This document shows positions 46,859 through 57,152 of a DNA stretch of 64,000 nt, piece after piece (the stretch's first letter is position 1; each line of letters begins with the position of its first letter). The position numbers and the translations under genes were made by a program. The notes beneath the pieces are model-generated. The model was not told the origin of the DNA, searched no databases, and saw nothing but the letters and a program-made list of their open reading frames with translations. Origin of the DNA: Minisyncoccia bacterium (GTDB lineage Bacteria; Patescibacteriota; Minisyncoccia; Phycocordibacterales; UBA918); contig JBGSJJ010000016.1 of assembly GCA_041742075.1 (NCBI GenBank), positions 19,128 through 83,127 on the forward strand, given 5' to 3'.

Positions 46859-48799
46859 TTAGACGAGCACGGCTTTAATGCGCCGTACACCAGCTGATGA
46901 AGATTCTTCTTTGGTGATTTTAAACGTACCGCTTATTTCAGACAGGTCACTCACGTGTGGTCCTCCACAAAGTTCGCGAGAATACACAGTACCGTCACTT
47001 CCTGTCATCGTGTAGACTTTCACTTCGTCTGGATAACGATCCCAGAAACTCGCCTCGATAGTTGGGTCTTGTTCGGCTTGAGTTTTTGGCATCATGTCGA
47101 TGGTGACGGGGCCACCCATTTTGATAGCATGGTTCACAAACGCTTCGACTTTACGGAGAGTCTCTTCATCGATACGTTCCGGGTGCGTTACGTCGTAGCG
47201 TAAACGTTCGCCCGTAATGTTGCTCCCCGCTTGGTGCACATGGGTGCCAAGTATGCTTCTTAAACCAGCGAGCATAAGGTGAGTAGCAGTGTGATACTGC
47301 ACTACCTGTTCTGAGCTGTCAGCTAGACCGCCTTTGAACTTATGTTCAGCACCGGCTCTTGATTGCTCTTTGTGAGCCTCCATAAGCTTTTCAAAGCCTT
47401 TACGGTCTACAACCATGCCCTTCTCCTGCGCAATCTCTTCGGTGAGTTCAATCGGAAAGCCGTAGGTAGTGAAAAGTTCAAACGCATTGTTAGCACTTAT
47501 TGCTTTTTTTACTTCGGCTGGCTTACTGGTATCGAGGGTCTTTTTGCCGTCAACTACAGTACTTGTCATATGCACCTGAAGTGCGACTTTATTGAATTGC
47601 TTCAAACCTCGTTCGAGCGTCTTTCGGAATTGCTCTTCTTCTTTGGCAATCAACTGTTCGATAATTGCCCTTTTCTCTGTAAGATACGGATATGCCTCTT
47701 GATACATCTCTGCAATCGGTTGTACCACTTTAGAAAAGGTATTTTCTCCAATACCAAGCGTATCTGCGTATCGTACTGAACGTCGTATAAGTCGACGTAC
47801 AAAGTAGCCTTGGTCAGTGTTTGAAGGTTCAATACCGTCTGCTATGAGAAAAACTGCAGCTTTCATATGGTCGGCAATAATTCTAAAGGCACGGGTGTGC
47901 TCAGTACCCTCACTGTATGTTTTTCCTGAGCGTTCTTCCAAAAATGACAGTATAGAAGCATGGTTTGTTGGGAAAACGTCTGGCGAATTATTGGCAGCAG
48001 CTGCAATGCGCTCAAGACCTCCGCCGTAGTCGACGTTTTTGTTAGGTAGATTGTCAAAACCATTTTGGACTTTGACGTACTGCATGAAAACTGAGTTTCC
48101 AAGCTCAATGTACCGGCCACAATCACAGTTTGGGTGACAATGCTCTCCCCACTTTGGGTCATGGACTACCTCTGGGAAAAGATAAAACACTTCAGAATCA
48201 GGACCCCCTGGTTCCCCTACTGGCATTTTATCTGGACCACCTACACGACTCCACCAATTTTTGTCCGAGTAGAAGAAAATTCTGCCACCCTGCTCCCCTA
48301 CCTCATAGCCCCTTTCCTCACTTCCAATTTCTATTGAGGTTGCTTCAATGCCAGCTTCTTTAAAAATATCTTTCCAGATGCTTTCGCTTTCTGTGTCCTT
48401 TTCTATATTGGCTTCAGGGTTACCTATGTAGCAGGTAACATAAATGCGGTTTGGGTCTAGCTTAATTTCTTCTGTTAAGAATTTCCAGAATTGATTAATC
48501 TGCTCTTCTTTGAAGTAGTCACCAAGTGACCAATTGCCAAGCATTTCAAAAAATGTTGTATGACGATTATCACCTACCTCTTCAATGTCGCCTGAACGAA
48601 AGCACTTTTGTGAGTTAGCTATTCGCACACCCTTTGGATGCTTTTCACCCATCAGGTATGGAATGAGTGGTTGCATGCCACTACCAGTAAAAAGCGTCGT
48701 CGGGTCGTTTTCAGGCACGAGGGCTGCTGAAGGGATAATTGCGTGCCCCTGTTTCTTTAAATACTCAAGATATTTGGTTCGAATGTCGTTTCCACTCAT
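46859..48799 (-). CDS. alaS: Alanine--tRNA ligase (lacking C-Ala domain)
   Basis: LFTGSGMQP, HTTFFEMLGNWS, HTATHL, ELCGGPHV; ends at GVRRIKA. Confidence 0.96.
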   Translation of the reverse strand: MSGNDIRTKYLEYLKKQGHAIIPSAALVPENDPTTLFTGSGMQPLIPYLMGEKHPKGVRIANSQKCFRSGDIEEVGDNRHTTFFEMLGNWSLGDYFKEEQINQFWKFLTEEIKLDPNRIYVTCYIGNPEANIEKDTESESIWKDIFKEAGIEATSIEIGSEERGYEVGEQGGRIFFYSDKNWWSRVGGPDKMPVGEPGGPDSEVFYLFPEVVHDPKWGEHCHPNCDCGRYIELGNSVFMQYVKVQNGFDNLPNKNVDYGGGLERIAAAANNSPDVFPTNHASILSFLEERSGKTYSEGTEHTRAFRIIADHMKAAVFLIADGIEPSNTDQGYFVRRLIRRSVRYADTLGIGENTFSKVVQPIAEMYQEAYPYLTEKRAIIEQLIAKEEEQFRKTLERGLKQFNKVALQVHMTSTVVDGKKTLDTSKPAEVKKAISANNAFELFTTYGFPIELTEEIAQEKGMVVDRKGFEKLMEAHKEQSRAGAEHKFKGGLADSSEQVVQYHTATHLMLAGLRSILGTHVHQAGSNITGERLRYDVTHPERIDEETLRKVEAFVNHAIKMGGPVTIDMMPKTQAEQDPTIEASFWDRYPDEVKVYTMTGSDGTVYSRELCGGPHVSDLSEISGTFKITKEESSSAGVRRIKAVLV

Positions 48800-48845
48800 A
48801 AGATAGTTACTCTAATACAAAGTTCTCTTCTAGACAAATACTAGC

Positions 48846-50129
48846 CTATGAACTTTGCTTAAAGCTATTCAATATTGTCGTGACTGCTTTGGTGGGTCCA
48901 GCACCACTTATGGTGATGAGGTCAGAGTTTAGATACTTTTTTAGGGCCTGATTAACTTCGCTCAAGGTAAGCTTTTGCATTTTCTCCATCAGCTCGATTT
49001 GCTGTTCTAGTGTTAAGCCACGTAGTTGAAGTTCCTCCACATAGGCCACGGTAGAAGAAAGCGAGTCATAAATGAGTGTGCTACTTGTCTTGAGGATTAC
49101 TTTGAAACGCTTAAGTTCAACCGGCGTGATACCTTTGGTACGTATCGCGTTTACCTCTCGTAAGGTAGAGGTAATACCTTGTTTGAGGTCTTTGGTAGAA
49201 AAGAAAGTCATAATTCTCCAATGTCCGGTTTCAGTCGTCGTAAATGCTTCTGGGTACGCGTAAATACCATAGGTGAGTCCTTCCTTTTCACGAACAGTGC
49301 TCATGAGTCGCCCCGAGAAACCACCACCTTTGCCAAGCACACTGATACCAAAGGCAAATGCTACGTACTCTTTGTCAGTAAGTGTCATCGGTACACTGCC
49401 TCCGATAGCGAGCTCGACGTTTTGTCGCCCCGGTATGTGGTTCATCACAATCTTTCGATTCGATAACGACAGTGGAGAACTAGTGCTTTTTTGTGTCGGA
49501 GTGCCTGATTTTTGGAGCTTTGCAATTCTTTTGTATACCGTATCAATAACGTCAACTTCCCCGCCGATAGTGAGTGTCCATTTAGCAGACATAGCCCGAA
49601 CGTGGAGCGAGCGCACGTCGGCCTGAGACACTTCCTCGACAACCTTTTTGAGCAAAGCTGGTGGATGTACAAACCGTCTGTCTGGGAACGCATACAATGT
49701 GTTTGCAAATGAATTTCGAGCTACCGACCGAGCGTCTTCTTCTGCTAAGGTAAGATTATTGATAAGTGTTTCGATAGCTCGCGTCAGTTCAGGCTTGGCA
49801 AAATGCGGCTCGGTAAACATGGTTTCAATTAAGGACAGGACCTTTGAAGTGTGTTCTTTAAGTGATTGGACTGAGATAAGCACCATTCCTTTACTGCACG
49901 AAATGTCGAGAGTAACACCAAGAGCGTTGAGACTATTCAGAAAATCTTCTCGACTGTACTTCCCGGCACCAGATAAGAGCAGGTCAGTATAGAGGTGTAA
50001 GGTCGCGGTTTCTTTAAGTGAGTTTTCTACGTGGACATCTAGTGCTAGGTCACACCGAAAAAACCTTGCTTGAGGAACTTCTACTCTGCCTAGCTTTATG
50101 TTTTCGTGTTCTGTCGTTAGGATTTTCAT
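48846..50129 (-). CDS. M16 peptidase, non-catalytic subunit
   Basis: GFSGRLMSTVREKEGLTY; no HxxEH. Confidence 0.85.
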   Translation of the reverse strand: MKILTTEHENIKLGRVEVPQARFFRCDLALDVHVENSLKETATLHLYTDLLLSGAGKYSREDFLNSLNALGVTLDISCSKGMVLISVQSLKEHTSKVLSLIETMFTEPHFAKPELTRAIETLINNLTLAEEDARSVARNSFANTLYAFPDRRFVHPPALLKKVVEEVSQADVRSLHVRAMSAKWTLTIGGEVDVIDTVYKRIAKLQKSGTPTQKSTSSPLSLSNRKIVMNHIPGRQNVELAIGGSVPMTLTDKEYVAFAFGISVLGKGGGFSGRLMSTVREKEGLTYGIYAYPEAFTTTETGHWRIMTFFSTKDLKQGITSTLREVNAIRTKGITPVELKRFKVILKTSSTLIYDSLSSTVAYVEELQLRGLTLEQQIELMEKMQKLTLSEVNQALKKYLNSDLITISGAGPTKAVTTILNSFKQSS

Positions 50130-51442
50130 ACTCGTTTTGTTTTAAATACCCCAATCGTCATATTATTTTCTTCAAATAAGGCAGATAGTCTTTTCTGGAT
50201 GTCACCTACGGTAATTGAGCGAAGGAGTGACTCGGTAGTAAAAAATGCTTCCCAATTTCCTGCTGCAACATACTCCGTCAGTTCCATCGCAATTTTAAGA
50301 CTACTGTCTCGGTTATACACTTCACTAGCTACGACCTGGGTAACGGCTCGTTTTAGTTTGGCAATGAGCTCTGCTTTGGTGATGCTCCGAATAATCTTTA
50401 AACACTCCGCTTCAACAGAAGCATGGGTGCTTTTAGGACTAAGAGTAATTTCGAGCACTCCTAAGTTCATATGAGAGGTGGGTTCCTGCAGTTGTTGTAC
50501 CGAGGTAGCGAGACCAGTATCTACCAGTCCTTTGTATAAGATGCTATCTGGTCCATCGGCTAGTATCGAAAAGATCAACATGGTTTCAAACCACCCGACA
50601 GAAGGAAATCCGGGGTGTTTGACTCCAATACCGAGGACCTGAGTGTTTGATGCCCGCACTACTTCAGTTCGGCGTATGCCTTCTTGAGCCGGTTCATGTA
50701 CCGATACTTTACTAAGCGGTTCAGGGTGGAGTTGTAACTGACTAAAAATTTTGGCTGTTTCCATAAGAGCCGTTTCTTTGTCAACATCGCCAATTATCAT
50801 TAAAACCGCATTGTCAGGTCGGTAGTGAAGTCGGTAGAACGCTTCAAGTTTCTCGGTAGTGTATGACTCTATGTCTTCCCGAAAGCCGATAGTCTCGTGT
50901 CCATACGGATGAGAAGTAAATGCTGTAGTTACCATAGCGACAGACAGGGCAAAACTTGGATTGCCGTTGTACATGTCGTATTCACTGAGCACATTGGTGC
51001 GTTCCGGTAAGAACTCTTTCTCCGATAGCACTACGTCACACATTCGCTCAGCTTCTATCAATAGGGCGCGAGTAAAGTATTCTTTGGGGTATGAAAAAAA
51101 GTACGTTGTTCGGTCTTTCCAGGTGTTAGCATTTAAGAGCGCCCCGACTTCCCTATCGAAGTGCATAGCGCTTCCGTCAATTTTACGTTTGAGATCATAT
51201 TTTGTAGGCTTAAAAAGCATGTGTTCCAACATGTGAGCCAGCCCAGTTTCACCACGGGCTTCGTCACGTGCACCGACCAAATACGTGATATTGGTAGAAA
51301 CCACACCGGTTTGTGGTATACGCATATACAAAACTCGCAAGTTGTTCTTGAGGAGAACAAACTCTGACATCCCGTTAATTGTTTTGACGAGCCGAAATTC
51401 TTTACTGACACTAGTTTTCTTCTTGAGCTTTTTTGACTTCAT
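50126..51442 (-). CDS. M16 zinc peptidase, catalytic subunit
   Basis: GLAHMLEHMLF (HxxEH), NANT, HPYG..TIG. Confidence 0.92.
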   Translation of the reverse strand: MKSKKLKKKTSVSKEFRLVKTINGMSEFVLLKNNLRVLYMRIPQTGVVSTNITYLVGARDEARGETGLAHMLEHMLFKPTKYDLKRKIDGSAMHFDREVGALLNANTWKDRTTYFFSYPKEYFTRALLIEAERMCDVVLSEKEFLPERTNVLSEYDMYNGNPSFALSVAMVTTAFTSHPYGHETIGFREDIESYTTEKLEAFYRLHYRPDNAVLMIIGDVDKETALMETAKIFSQLQLHPEPLSKVSVHEPAQEGIRRTEVVRASNTQVLGIGVKHPGFPSVGWFETMLIFSILADGPDSILYKGLVDTGLATSVQQLQEPTSHMNLGVLEITLSPKSTHASVEAECLKIIRSITKAELIAKLKRAVTQVVASEVYNRDSSLKIAMELTEYVAAGNWEAFFTTESLLRSITVGDIQKRLSALFEENNMTIGVFKTKRV

Positions 51443-52007
51443 AGACAAATTTTCGGTATTCTTCAAATACATGGTTAAATTCTGACAATATTGGGTTTTG
51501 GACTTTATGGTTTAGAATATTCGAAATTTTCTGGTAGACCTCCACTCGCTTCTCAAGCGAACCACCGAAGTCAGCAATAAATCGGCTATGGTCATCATAA
51601 TAGTCTTCAACGATTGATCGTAAGTTATGAATCTTATCGGCAGCGGCGACAATACAGGCCACTTCTTTTCCGTCTTTTAGTTGTTTTATATACTGCTCTT
51701 TGCGTTCAATCCAGGTATACGGGCGTACCTCCGTAGTCTGTGGTTCACTGACGGTTTCGACAATCTCGCGCACAACTCCGCCAAAATCATCCTCGAGCTC
51801 CTTGGCGGTGTAGTCAGTATCTTCGAGTGTGTCATGAAGGAGGGCTGCAATAATGGCGTCTTCCTCTGGCAGATAGTCAGCCACAATAAAAGCAGTGGCT
51901 ACTAAGTGACTCACATACGGCAGTGGTGCCGAACCTTTTCTGACCTGGTCCTTATGGAGGATGGTAGCAGCGCGGATAGCTTGCTCAATTCGGTAAGAAT
52001 ACAACAT
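51411..52007 (-). CDS. HD-domain protein, RelA/SpoT hydrolase (Mesh1/SAH)-like
   Basis: H..Q.RK...PY..H, AALLHDTLEDT, ADKIHNL. Confidence 0.85.
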   Translation of the reverse strand: MLYSYRIEQAIRAATILHKDQVRKGSAPLPYVSHLVATAFIVADYLPEEDAIIAALLHDTLEDTDYTAKELEDDFGGVVREIVETVSEPQTTEVRPYTWIERKEQYIKQLKDGKEVACIVAAADKIHNLRSIVEDYYDDHSRFIADFGGSLEKRVEVYQKISNILNHKVQNPILSEFNHVFEEYRKFVYEVKKAQEEN

Positions 52008-52051
52008 AATCAAAGTAGTATAGCAGAACAAGTTTAGTACGCACTAGCGGA

Positions 52052-52423
52052 TTATTCGCGGACTTTCTTTTTACGAGCTTCTACCATATCTTGATTTTTT
52101 TCATGCTCCTTCTTGTCTCGCTTCTCGGCTTCGAGAGTCATCCGTTTGTTATTGAGCTCACGCTCAAGATTGAGAAGTGTCATGCGCACGCTCTTGAGGA
52201 GGCTGTCGTTCTTGTTTAGATTTTTTTCAATTGATGCAATATTTATTTTGGCTTTCTTTTCATACAAAGCAATTTCCTGCTCGGCTTTCTGGCGGATGCT
52301 GGCAACAGTACTTAAATGCTCTCGTTGTGCCTCAGAGAGTTCCTGCATTAACTTTGCACCAATCGTTTGCAGACGAGTTTGCTCATAGGTGGCTTCTTCA
52401 TGTCGTCGTTCGTCTTGATCCAT
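52052..52423 (-). CDS. Hypothetical coiled-coil protein
   Basis: Charged helical 123-aa ORF in an operon. Confidence 0.7.
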   Translation of the reverse strand: MDQDERRHEEATYEQTRLQTIGAKLMQELSEAQREHLSTVASIRQKAEQEIALYEKKAKINIASIEKNLNKNDSLLKSVRMTLLNLERELNNKRMTLEAEKRDKKEHEKNQDMVEARKKKVRE

Positions 52424-52425
52424 AC

Positions 52426-52680
52426 TTAAAAATATCCTTCTTGTTCCAATAATTTCCGTTTGGCTGTTTCGCCTCCCCTATTATACCCACCAAGCCCGCC
52501 ATCACTTCTAATGACCCGGTGACAAGGGATATCCGTGTCGAAGTTGTTTGCCATGATGTTGGCTACTGCACGAGCAGCTTTCGGACTACCGACTCTGACC
52601 GCAACTTCTTGATACGATAGGGCACTTCCTTTTGGAATGTTGCGGACGACCTCACGTACGGACTCGGTAAAAGTACTCAT
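52426..52680 (-). CDS. Minimal O6-methylguanine-DNA methyltransferase (MGMT) family protein
   Basis: IPKG...SY.EVA, AARAV, IPCHRVI, K..LL..EG. Confidence 0.9.
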   Translation of the reverse strand: MSTFTESVREVVRNIPKGSALSYQEVAVRVGSPKAARAVANIMANNFDTDIPCHRVIRSDGGLGGYNRGGETAKRKLLEQEGYF

Positions 52681-52688
52681 ATAATTTA

Positions 52689-53468
52689 CTATTTACTCCG
52701 GTGGAGAGCCAATAATTTCTTGCCAGAGGCTTCTCGGTAGGGACAATACTCACAACTTGGTCCGGAAACAGGAATGCCTGAAGACTCAAGACAGGCTTTA
52801 ATGTTGTCGAGGGTTTTCGGTATCCAGTCGACAACTGCCTCGCAGGACACGAGTGTGGTTTCAAAAGTCAGGGTGTCACCAAAAACTTCGGCGGTCTTGC
52901 TGGCATTGGCGTACACGAGATAGCCTGTCTCAGCAACGGTAAAGCCATTTTGCTCAAACAAGTGTCTGTAGACACCGAGCTGTCTCGTATACTGCACCTC
53001 CCATGGACTATCGCCAAGTTTTTCAATCCGTTCAGCTTTTGAGGTAGCTTTGTAGTCAGCGATGATGAGTGTTCCGTCAGTCTTAACCCACACGTCATCT
53101 ATTCCACCGGAAACAACCAGTCCGGTCTTCTTGTCTGTGTAACTAATGCCAACAAACGGATCTCGCCAGGTATCTAAGTCTTTGTGCTTAAACGGCACGG
53201 CATTTAGTTTGTGCTTTTCCATTAACGGGTGAGGCTCTTGTTTAGCGCGATAGATATCGAACTCTTTTTTAAAAAGTTCATCCACGGCTATGTTGAGGTT
53301 AAATGAGGGAAAGCCAGGGCGCTTCGTACCAAGTTTGTTGTCGATATAAAAACAACGCGGACATTCGAGGAATAAATCAATTTTTGACCTTGAAAGGCGC
53401 CACTTTTCTCCCCCGTAGTTCCACTCGTTACTTCGGTTTGGGTTGTATTTAGGAGTATAGGTCGACAT
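52689..53468 (-). CDS. PD-(D/E)xK nuclease, Cas4/AddB-like with Cys cluster
   Basis: CPRCFY, GGIDD, IADYK, QL..Y, CEYCPY. Confidence 0.85.
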   Translation of the reverse strand: MSTYTPKYNPNRSNEWNYGGEKWRLSRSKIDLFLECPRCFYIDNKLGTKRPGFPSFNLNIAVDELFKKEFDIYRAKQEPHPLMEKHKLNAVPFKHKDLDTWRDPFVGISYTDKKTGLVVSGGIDDVWVKTDGTLIIADYKATSKAERIEKLGDSPWEVQYTRQLGVYRHLFEQNGFTVAETGYLVYANASKTAEVFGDTLTFETTLVSCEAVVDWIPKTLDNIKACLESSGIPVSGPSCEYCPYREASGKKLLALHRSK

Positions 53469-53489
53469 AACAGTAACAGTATATCATAT

Positions 53490-53520
53490 AAGAAAAAGCC
53501 CTACTGATAGGGCTTTTTCT
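53490..53520. terminator. Bidirectional terminator
   Basis: AGAAAAAGCCCTA/TAGGGCTTTTTCT. Confidence 0.8.
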
Positions 53521-53536
53521 ATAGTTTTAGATGAGA

Positions 53537-54070
53537 TTATTCAGCTTTGAACGTTGCAAACACACCGTCAATTTGTGAGTCGGTAGCAAGATTGAATTTT
53601 CGGTCACCGTCTTCAGTGAAGAATACAATAGCGTAGTCACGACCAGCTACTGTTGGAGCGAGTAATTGAACATTCTCAGGAACGAGACCTTGTGACTTAC
53701 TAAACCGTGAAGCACCAAGGATAGGTCCAAGCTTTTCTTCAGTGTAGGTTCGAACAGCAATCCAACCGTCTTCAACTGGGTAGGTTACATCTTTAAGTGT
53801 AACTACAGATCCACCCTTTTGGGCATCAAGAGAAACTTTACCTTCACCAGTCATTAACTCAACTTTTGGTTCTGGTACTGTCGCGTTTGCTTCAGCTTCA
53901 ACTTCTGCTTCAGTTTCGGTTACTTGCTCTGTAGTATCTTTTTCTTCATCCATTTTCTTCTTACCCTCAGGTGTGCCAGTGAAGACCCACACTAAGAGTC
54001 CACCAATCAGCAATCCTGCTACAAACGCCACTACTGTCTTCTGACCTTCCTGCTTTTCTTGTTCTGTCAT
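53537..54070 (-). CDS. Hypothetical single-TM surface protein
   Basis: TM helix, acidic linker, beta domain with GWIAV..GPILGA, EDGDRKF. Confidence 0.75.
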   Translation of the reverse strand: MTEQEKQEGQKTVVAFVAGLLIGGLLVWVFTGTPEGKKKMDEEKDTTEQVTETEAEVEAEANATVPEPKVELMTGEGKVSLDAQKGGSVVTLKDVTYPVEDGWIAVRTYTEEKLGPILGASRFSKSQGLVPENVQLLAPTVAGRDYAIVFFTEDGDRKFNLATDSQIDGVFATFKAE

Positions 54071-54184
54071 ACTCAAATACTGAAATAATTCCTTATATAA
54101 ATGAATTGTATCATAGCAAGTTAGCCATGAAACATTGACAAATCTAGTTTTTAAGCTGTTTTACTAGTTCCGGGAGAGTACGAA

Positions 54185-55039
54185 TTAGTCAGTGATTGAT
54201 AGATTGCTGTCGCTACTACAAAGTGAAGTAGCTTCGAAAACCGTGCTTTCTATGCGTTTGGCATTCAAATGTAAGTGACGGAGCATTTCAGGTTTCGCAA
54301 CAATGTCTTGGCAGGTAATTACTCCTGCCGCAATTAAGGCTTGTTTTTGTGAAGTGGTGAGGCTTTGCAGTACCGTGACTGGATAAATCCCCGATCGCTG
54401 AATGCGGTCATGGAGATTGTTATGTTTGGGAAATTCCCAACTTAGCAGAGTAACACCGACACACGTTGCATATTTTTCAGCGGCAGAAGTAAACTTTGTG
54501 TTGGTTACAATCATCAGCTCTTTCACACCACAGATGTCCTCATGACAAATTTTAGCTTCTTTGAGGTCAAGCAGACGAGCGTATGAGTACAAGGCAACTT
54601 GCAAATCCGACTTCATGCCGGGTCTCGAATGAAATTTTGCTTCTGCTACGAAGCTATGGTCGTCTTTATAGGCTGCAACATCGAGTTCATGCTCTGCACA
54701 CTTCCCAGCCAAAATAACGCGGGTTTTTGTGTGGTACCCTTCAAAGGCAAATATCCGGGCGATGAAGTCTTCAAACGGAAACCCGGTTGGACCTAAACCA
54801 AACAGAGCTCTTCGCATAGAATAACGTGCAGACACCGGCGTAGCACTACTTTGAAGCATCTCAAAGGCATGACGGTATATTTCTTGAGTGTGCATTCCCT
54901 CATACATAATAGCCTCAACATGGCGAATGATGTCAGCAATTTCCTCCTTACCAGCGCCAGCCCGCCGTAATGATCTTTGTAGTTTTTCTGATTCAAAGAG
55001 CTCGGTAGACCCGTCAGCTTTTATTACGTGAACAGACAT
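54185..55039 (-). CDS. ATP-cone domain fused to Mrr-like restriction endonuclease domain
   Basis: VIKADG..E.F...KL..SL; GPTGFPFE, HELDV, EAKFH, VTNTKFT. Confidence 0.85.
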   Translation of the reverse strand: MSVHVIKADGSTELFESEKLQRSLRRAGAGKEEIADIIRHVEAIMYEGMHTQEIYRHAFEMLQSSATPVSARYSMRRALFGLGPTGFPFEDFIARIFAFEGYHTKTRVILAGKCAEHELDVAAYKDDHSFVAEAKFHSRPGMKSDLQVALYSYARLLDLKEAKICHEDICGVKELMIVTNTKFTSAAEKYATCVGVTLLSWEFPKHNNLHDRIQRSGIYPVTVLQSLTTSQKQALIAAGVITCQDIVAKPEMLRHLHLNAKRIESTVFEATSLCSSDSNLSITD

Positions 55040-56100
55040 TACAGTATGATACCACCACCCAGACACAAACTACCTGCGTATACCACACACGATTGACCAC
55101 TACTCGGGACGTCACTTTTGCCTTCTGTGACGAAGACTGCTGTCGTCCCTGACAACTCGGCTAGTCGAGCCATAACTGGTGTTTGTCGGTATCTGGTTTG
55201 AATTTCGTAGAGTTGATGTAGTGTCGGTGCCTCATGTATCCAATTGAGGTTCCGGAGCGTGATATGGCTATGGGTCGCTAGGCTTGGTTTGTGTGGACTG
55301 ACGGTAATCGTGTTATCAGTGAGACTGCGGTCTATGACGTAGTGCGGTTCGGTGTTACTACCGATTGTTTTAACGGTAAACCCATGTCGTTGCCCGGTGG
55401 TATAAATAAGTGCCCCTTGGTGTTCGCCGATAGCTTCACCTGATTCACTTAGGACCACGCCTGGTTTTAACTCTACGTAATGTCCAATAAACTCAGGGAT
55501 ATCAATATGACCAAGGAAGCATACTCCTTGGCTATCTTTTTTGTCTGCGGTTATGAGACCAGCGGTGTTGGCTTCAGACCGGATAACCGACTTTGGACTA
55601 TTGCCAACTGGTAGTAGAACAGAGGCGATTTGTGTTTGTGAAAGTGCCCAGAGGAAATAGGATTGATCTTTGTCACCATCCACTCCGCGCAAGAGTTCGT
55701 GACCTGTGTGAGACGCGCGCTTTTGCGCATAGTGACCAGTCGCTATGTAGTCAGCTCCATGGTGCTTTGCAAACTCCAAAAAAGTACCAAATTTAACGTG
55801 CTTGTTGCACATCACGTCGGGGTTTGGCGTTCGGCCGGCTTTGTATTCTTCAATAAAATACTGCGCAACGTCGTCGCGGTAGCTCGCTTCAGCATCGCAG
55901 GTAAGAAACGGAATATCGAGCTTGGCAGCGACTCGCATAGCGTCAAGACGTTCGGCTTCCCAGTTACACGAAAGCCAGTCTGGTTGCCAGACTTTAATAA
56001 ACACCCCAACTACGTTGTAGCCTGTCTGTTTTAGTCGCAAGGCTGCTACCGAAGAATCGACACCACCTGAGAGACCAACAAATACCGTCTTTTTCGACAT
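55039..56100 (-). CDS. mnmA: tRNA 2-thiouridine(34) synthase
   Basis: SGGVDSS, TPNPDVMCN, ATGHY, KDQSYFL, DSQGVCF. Confidence 0.97.
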   Translation of the reverse strand: MSKKTVFVGLSGGVDSSVAALRLKQTGYNVVGVFIKVWQPDWLSCNWEAERLDAMRVAAKLDIPFLTCDAEASYRDDVAQYFIEEYKAGRTPNPDVMCNKHVKFGTFLEFAKHHGADYIATGHYAQKRASHTGHELLRGVDGDKDQSYFLWALSQTQIASVLLPVGNSPKSVIRSEANTAGLITADKKDSQGVCFLGHIDIPEFIGHYVELKPGVVLSESGEAIGEHQGALIYTTGQRHGFTVKTIGSNTEPHYVIDRSLTDNTITVSPHKPSLATHSHITLRNLNWIHEAPTLHQLYEIQTRYRQTPVMARLAELSGTTAVFVTEGKSDVPSSGQSCVVYAGSLCLGGGIIL

Positions 56101-56141
56101 AATACTGCTACGCTAGCATAGGGCCAATTAAAAACACAAGT

Positions 56142-57143
56142 TTATTTGAGATAGAGCGCAATATTGTCCTGATGTTCTTCGTAGGTGCGCGCGTAGTAAA
56201 AGGTGCCGTTGTTCCCTGTGATGTAAAACAAGTAGTCAGTTGAAATAGGTTCAAGTACTGCCTTAATAGCGGTTAGACCGGGGTTGCCAATCGGTGTCGG
56301 AACAAGACCAGTGTTTAAATAGGTATTATACGGTGAATCGATTTCCAGATCCTCTGGCGTAAGTGACCCGAGCGGGTTATCAAGTTCGTACTCAATCGAG
56401 GCATCAGCCTGTAGAGCCATTCCAATCTCTAAACGATTTTGTAAAATGCCCGAAACTGTTTTCATAGAGGCTTCGTCATTTGCTTCTCGTTCTAGAATCG
56501 AAGCCAGGGTTAAGACTTCGTATTCAGATAACGTGCTTTCACTAAGTAATGGTTTCAAATCAGTCGTCGTGTCAGTGTAGGTTTTTCGCATGAGTGCAAG
56601 TAGGTCAGCTTCGGTGAAGTCTTTTGGAACATAATACGTCTCGGGAAATAGGTAGCCTTCAAATGGTGTAGCAATTTGCGTAAATTCTTCGGCTGAAAAT
56701 TCTTCCAGGGCGGTTTCCGCAAGTTCCGCAATCATACTCACTCTTGTGCCTTCAGGAATAGTCAGTACAACCACTTCTGGTTCAATGTCACCTGAAGCGA
56801 GTTTCTCGGCAAAGTCAAAAACAGAAACGGGATTTTCAAAAAGATAGTTTCCGGCAAACAGTCCAGTCGGGTCGTGAATGTAGGTCAAAGTAGCATACAA
56901 AATTAACGATGACTGAACCAAACCCTCTCGTTTGGCTTTCTTGGCTATGGCACCAACTGACATGCCCTCGTCAATGGTGAACACGGTTTCTGAGACAAAG
57001 CTTGATGGCGGTTGGCTTAAAAAATAAATACCAGTAAAAAGTAACACAACTCCAAATACTAGGAGTAAGACACCTTGAAAAAGGCCTGGTTTGGGGCGCC
57101 GTGAAATCTGCCCTACGTCACTAGTTTCTAAGAGAGGTGGCAT
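56142..57143 (-). CDS. mltG: Endolytic transglycosylase MltG
   Basis: TIPEG, EGYLFPETY, ASILERE, SPYNTY..GL.PTPI.NPG. Confidence 0.95.
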   Translation of the reverse strand: MPPLLETSDVGQISRRPKPGLFQGVLLLVFGVVLLFTGIYFLSQPPSSFVSETVFTIDEGMSVGAIAKKAKREGLVQSSLILYATLTYIHDPTGLFAGNYLFENPVSVFDFAEKLASGDIEPEVVVLTIPEGTRVSMIAELAETALEEFSAEEFTQIATPFEGYLFPETYYVPKDFTEADLLALMRKTYTDTTTDLKPLLSESTLSEYEVLTLASILEREANDEASMKTVSGILQNRLEIGMALQADASIEYELDNPLGSLTPEDLEIDSPYNTYLNTGLVPTPIGNPGLTAIKAVLEPISTDYLFYITGNNGTFYYARTYEEHQDNIALYLK

Positions 57144-57152
57144 ACAGAATAA

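Noticed and set aside
46859-48799. alaS as a truncated pseudogene
   Set aside because: Aminoacylation and editing domains are intact; loss of C-Ala is a plausible natural short form.
52689-53468. Cas4 of a CRISPR system
   Set aside because: Solo PD-(D/E)xK nuclease with no cas1/cas2 or array.
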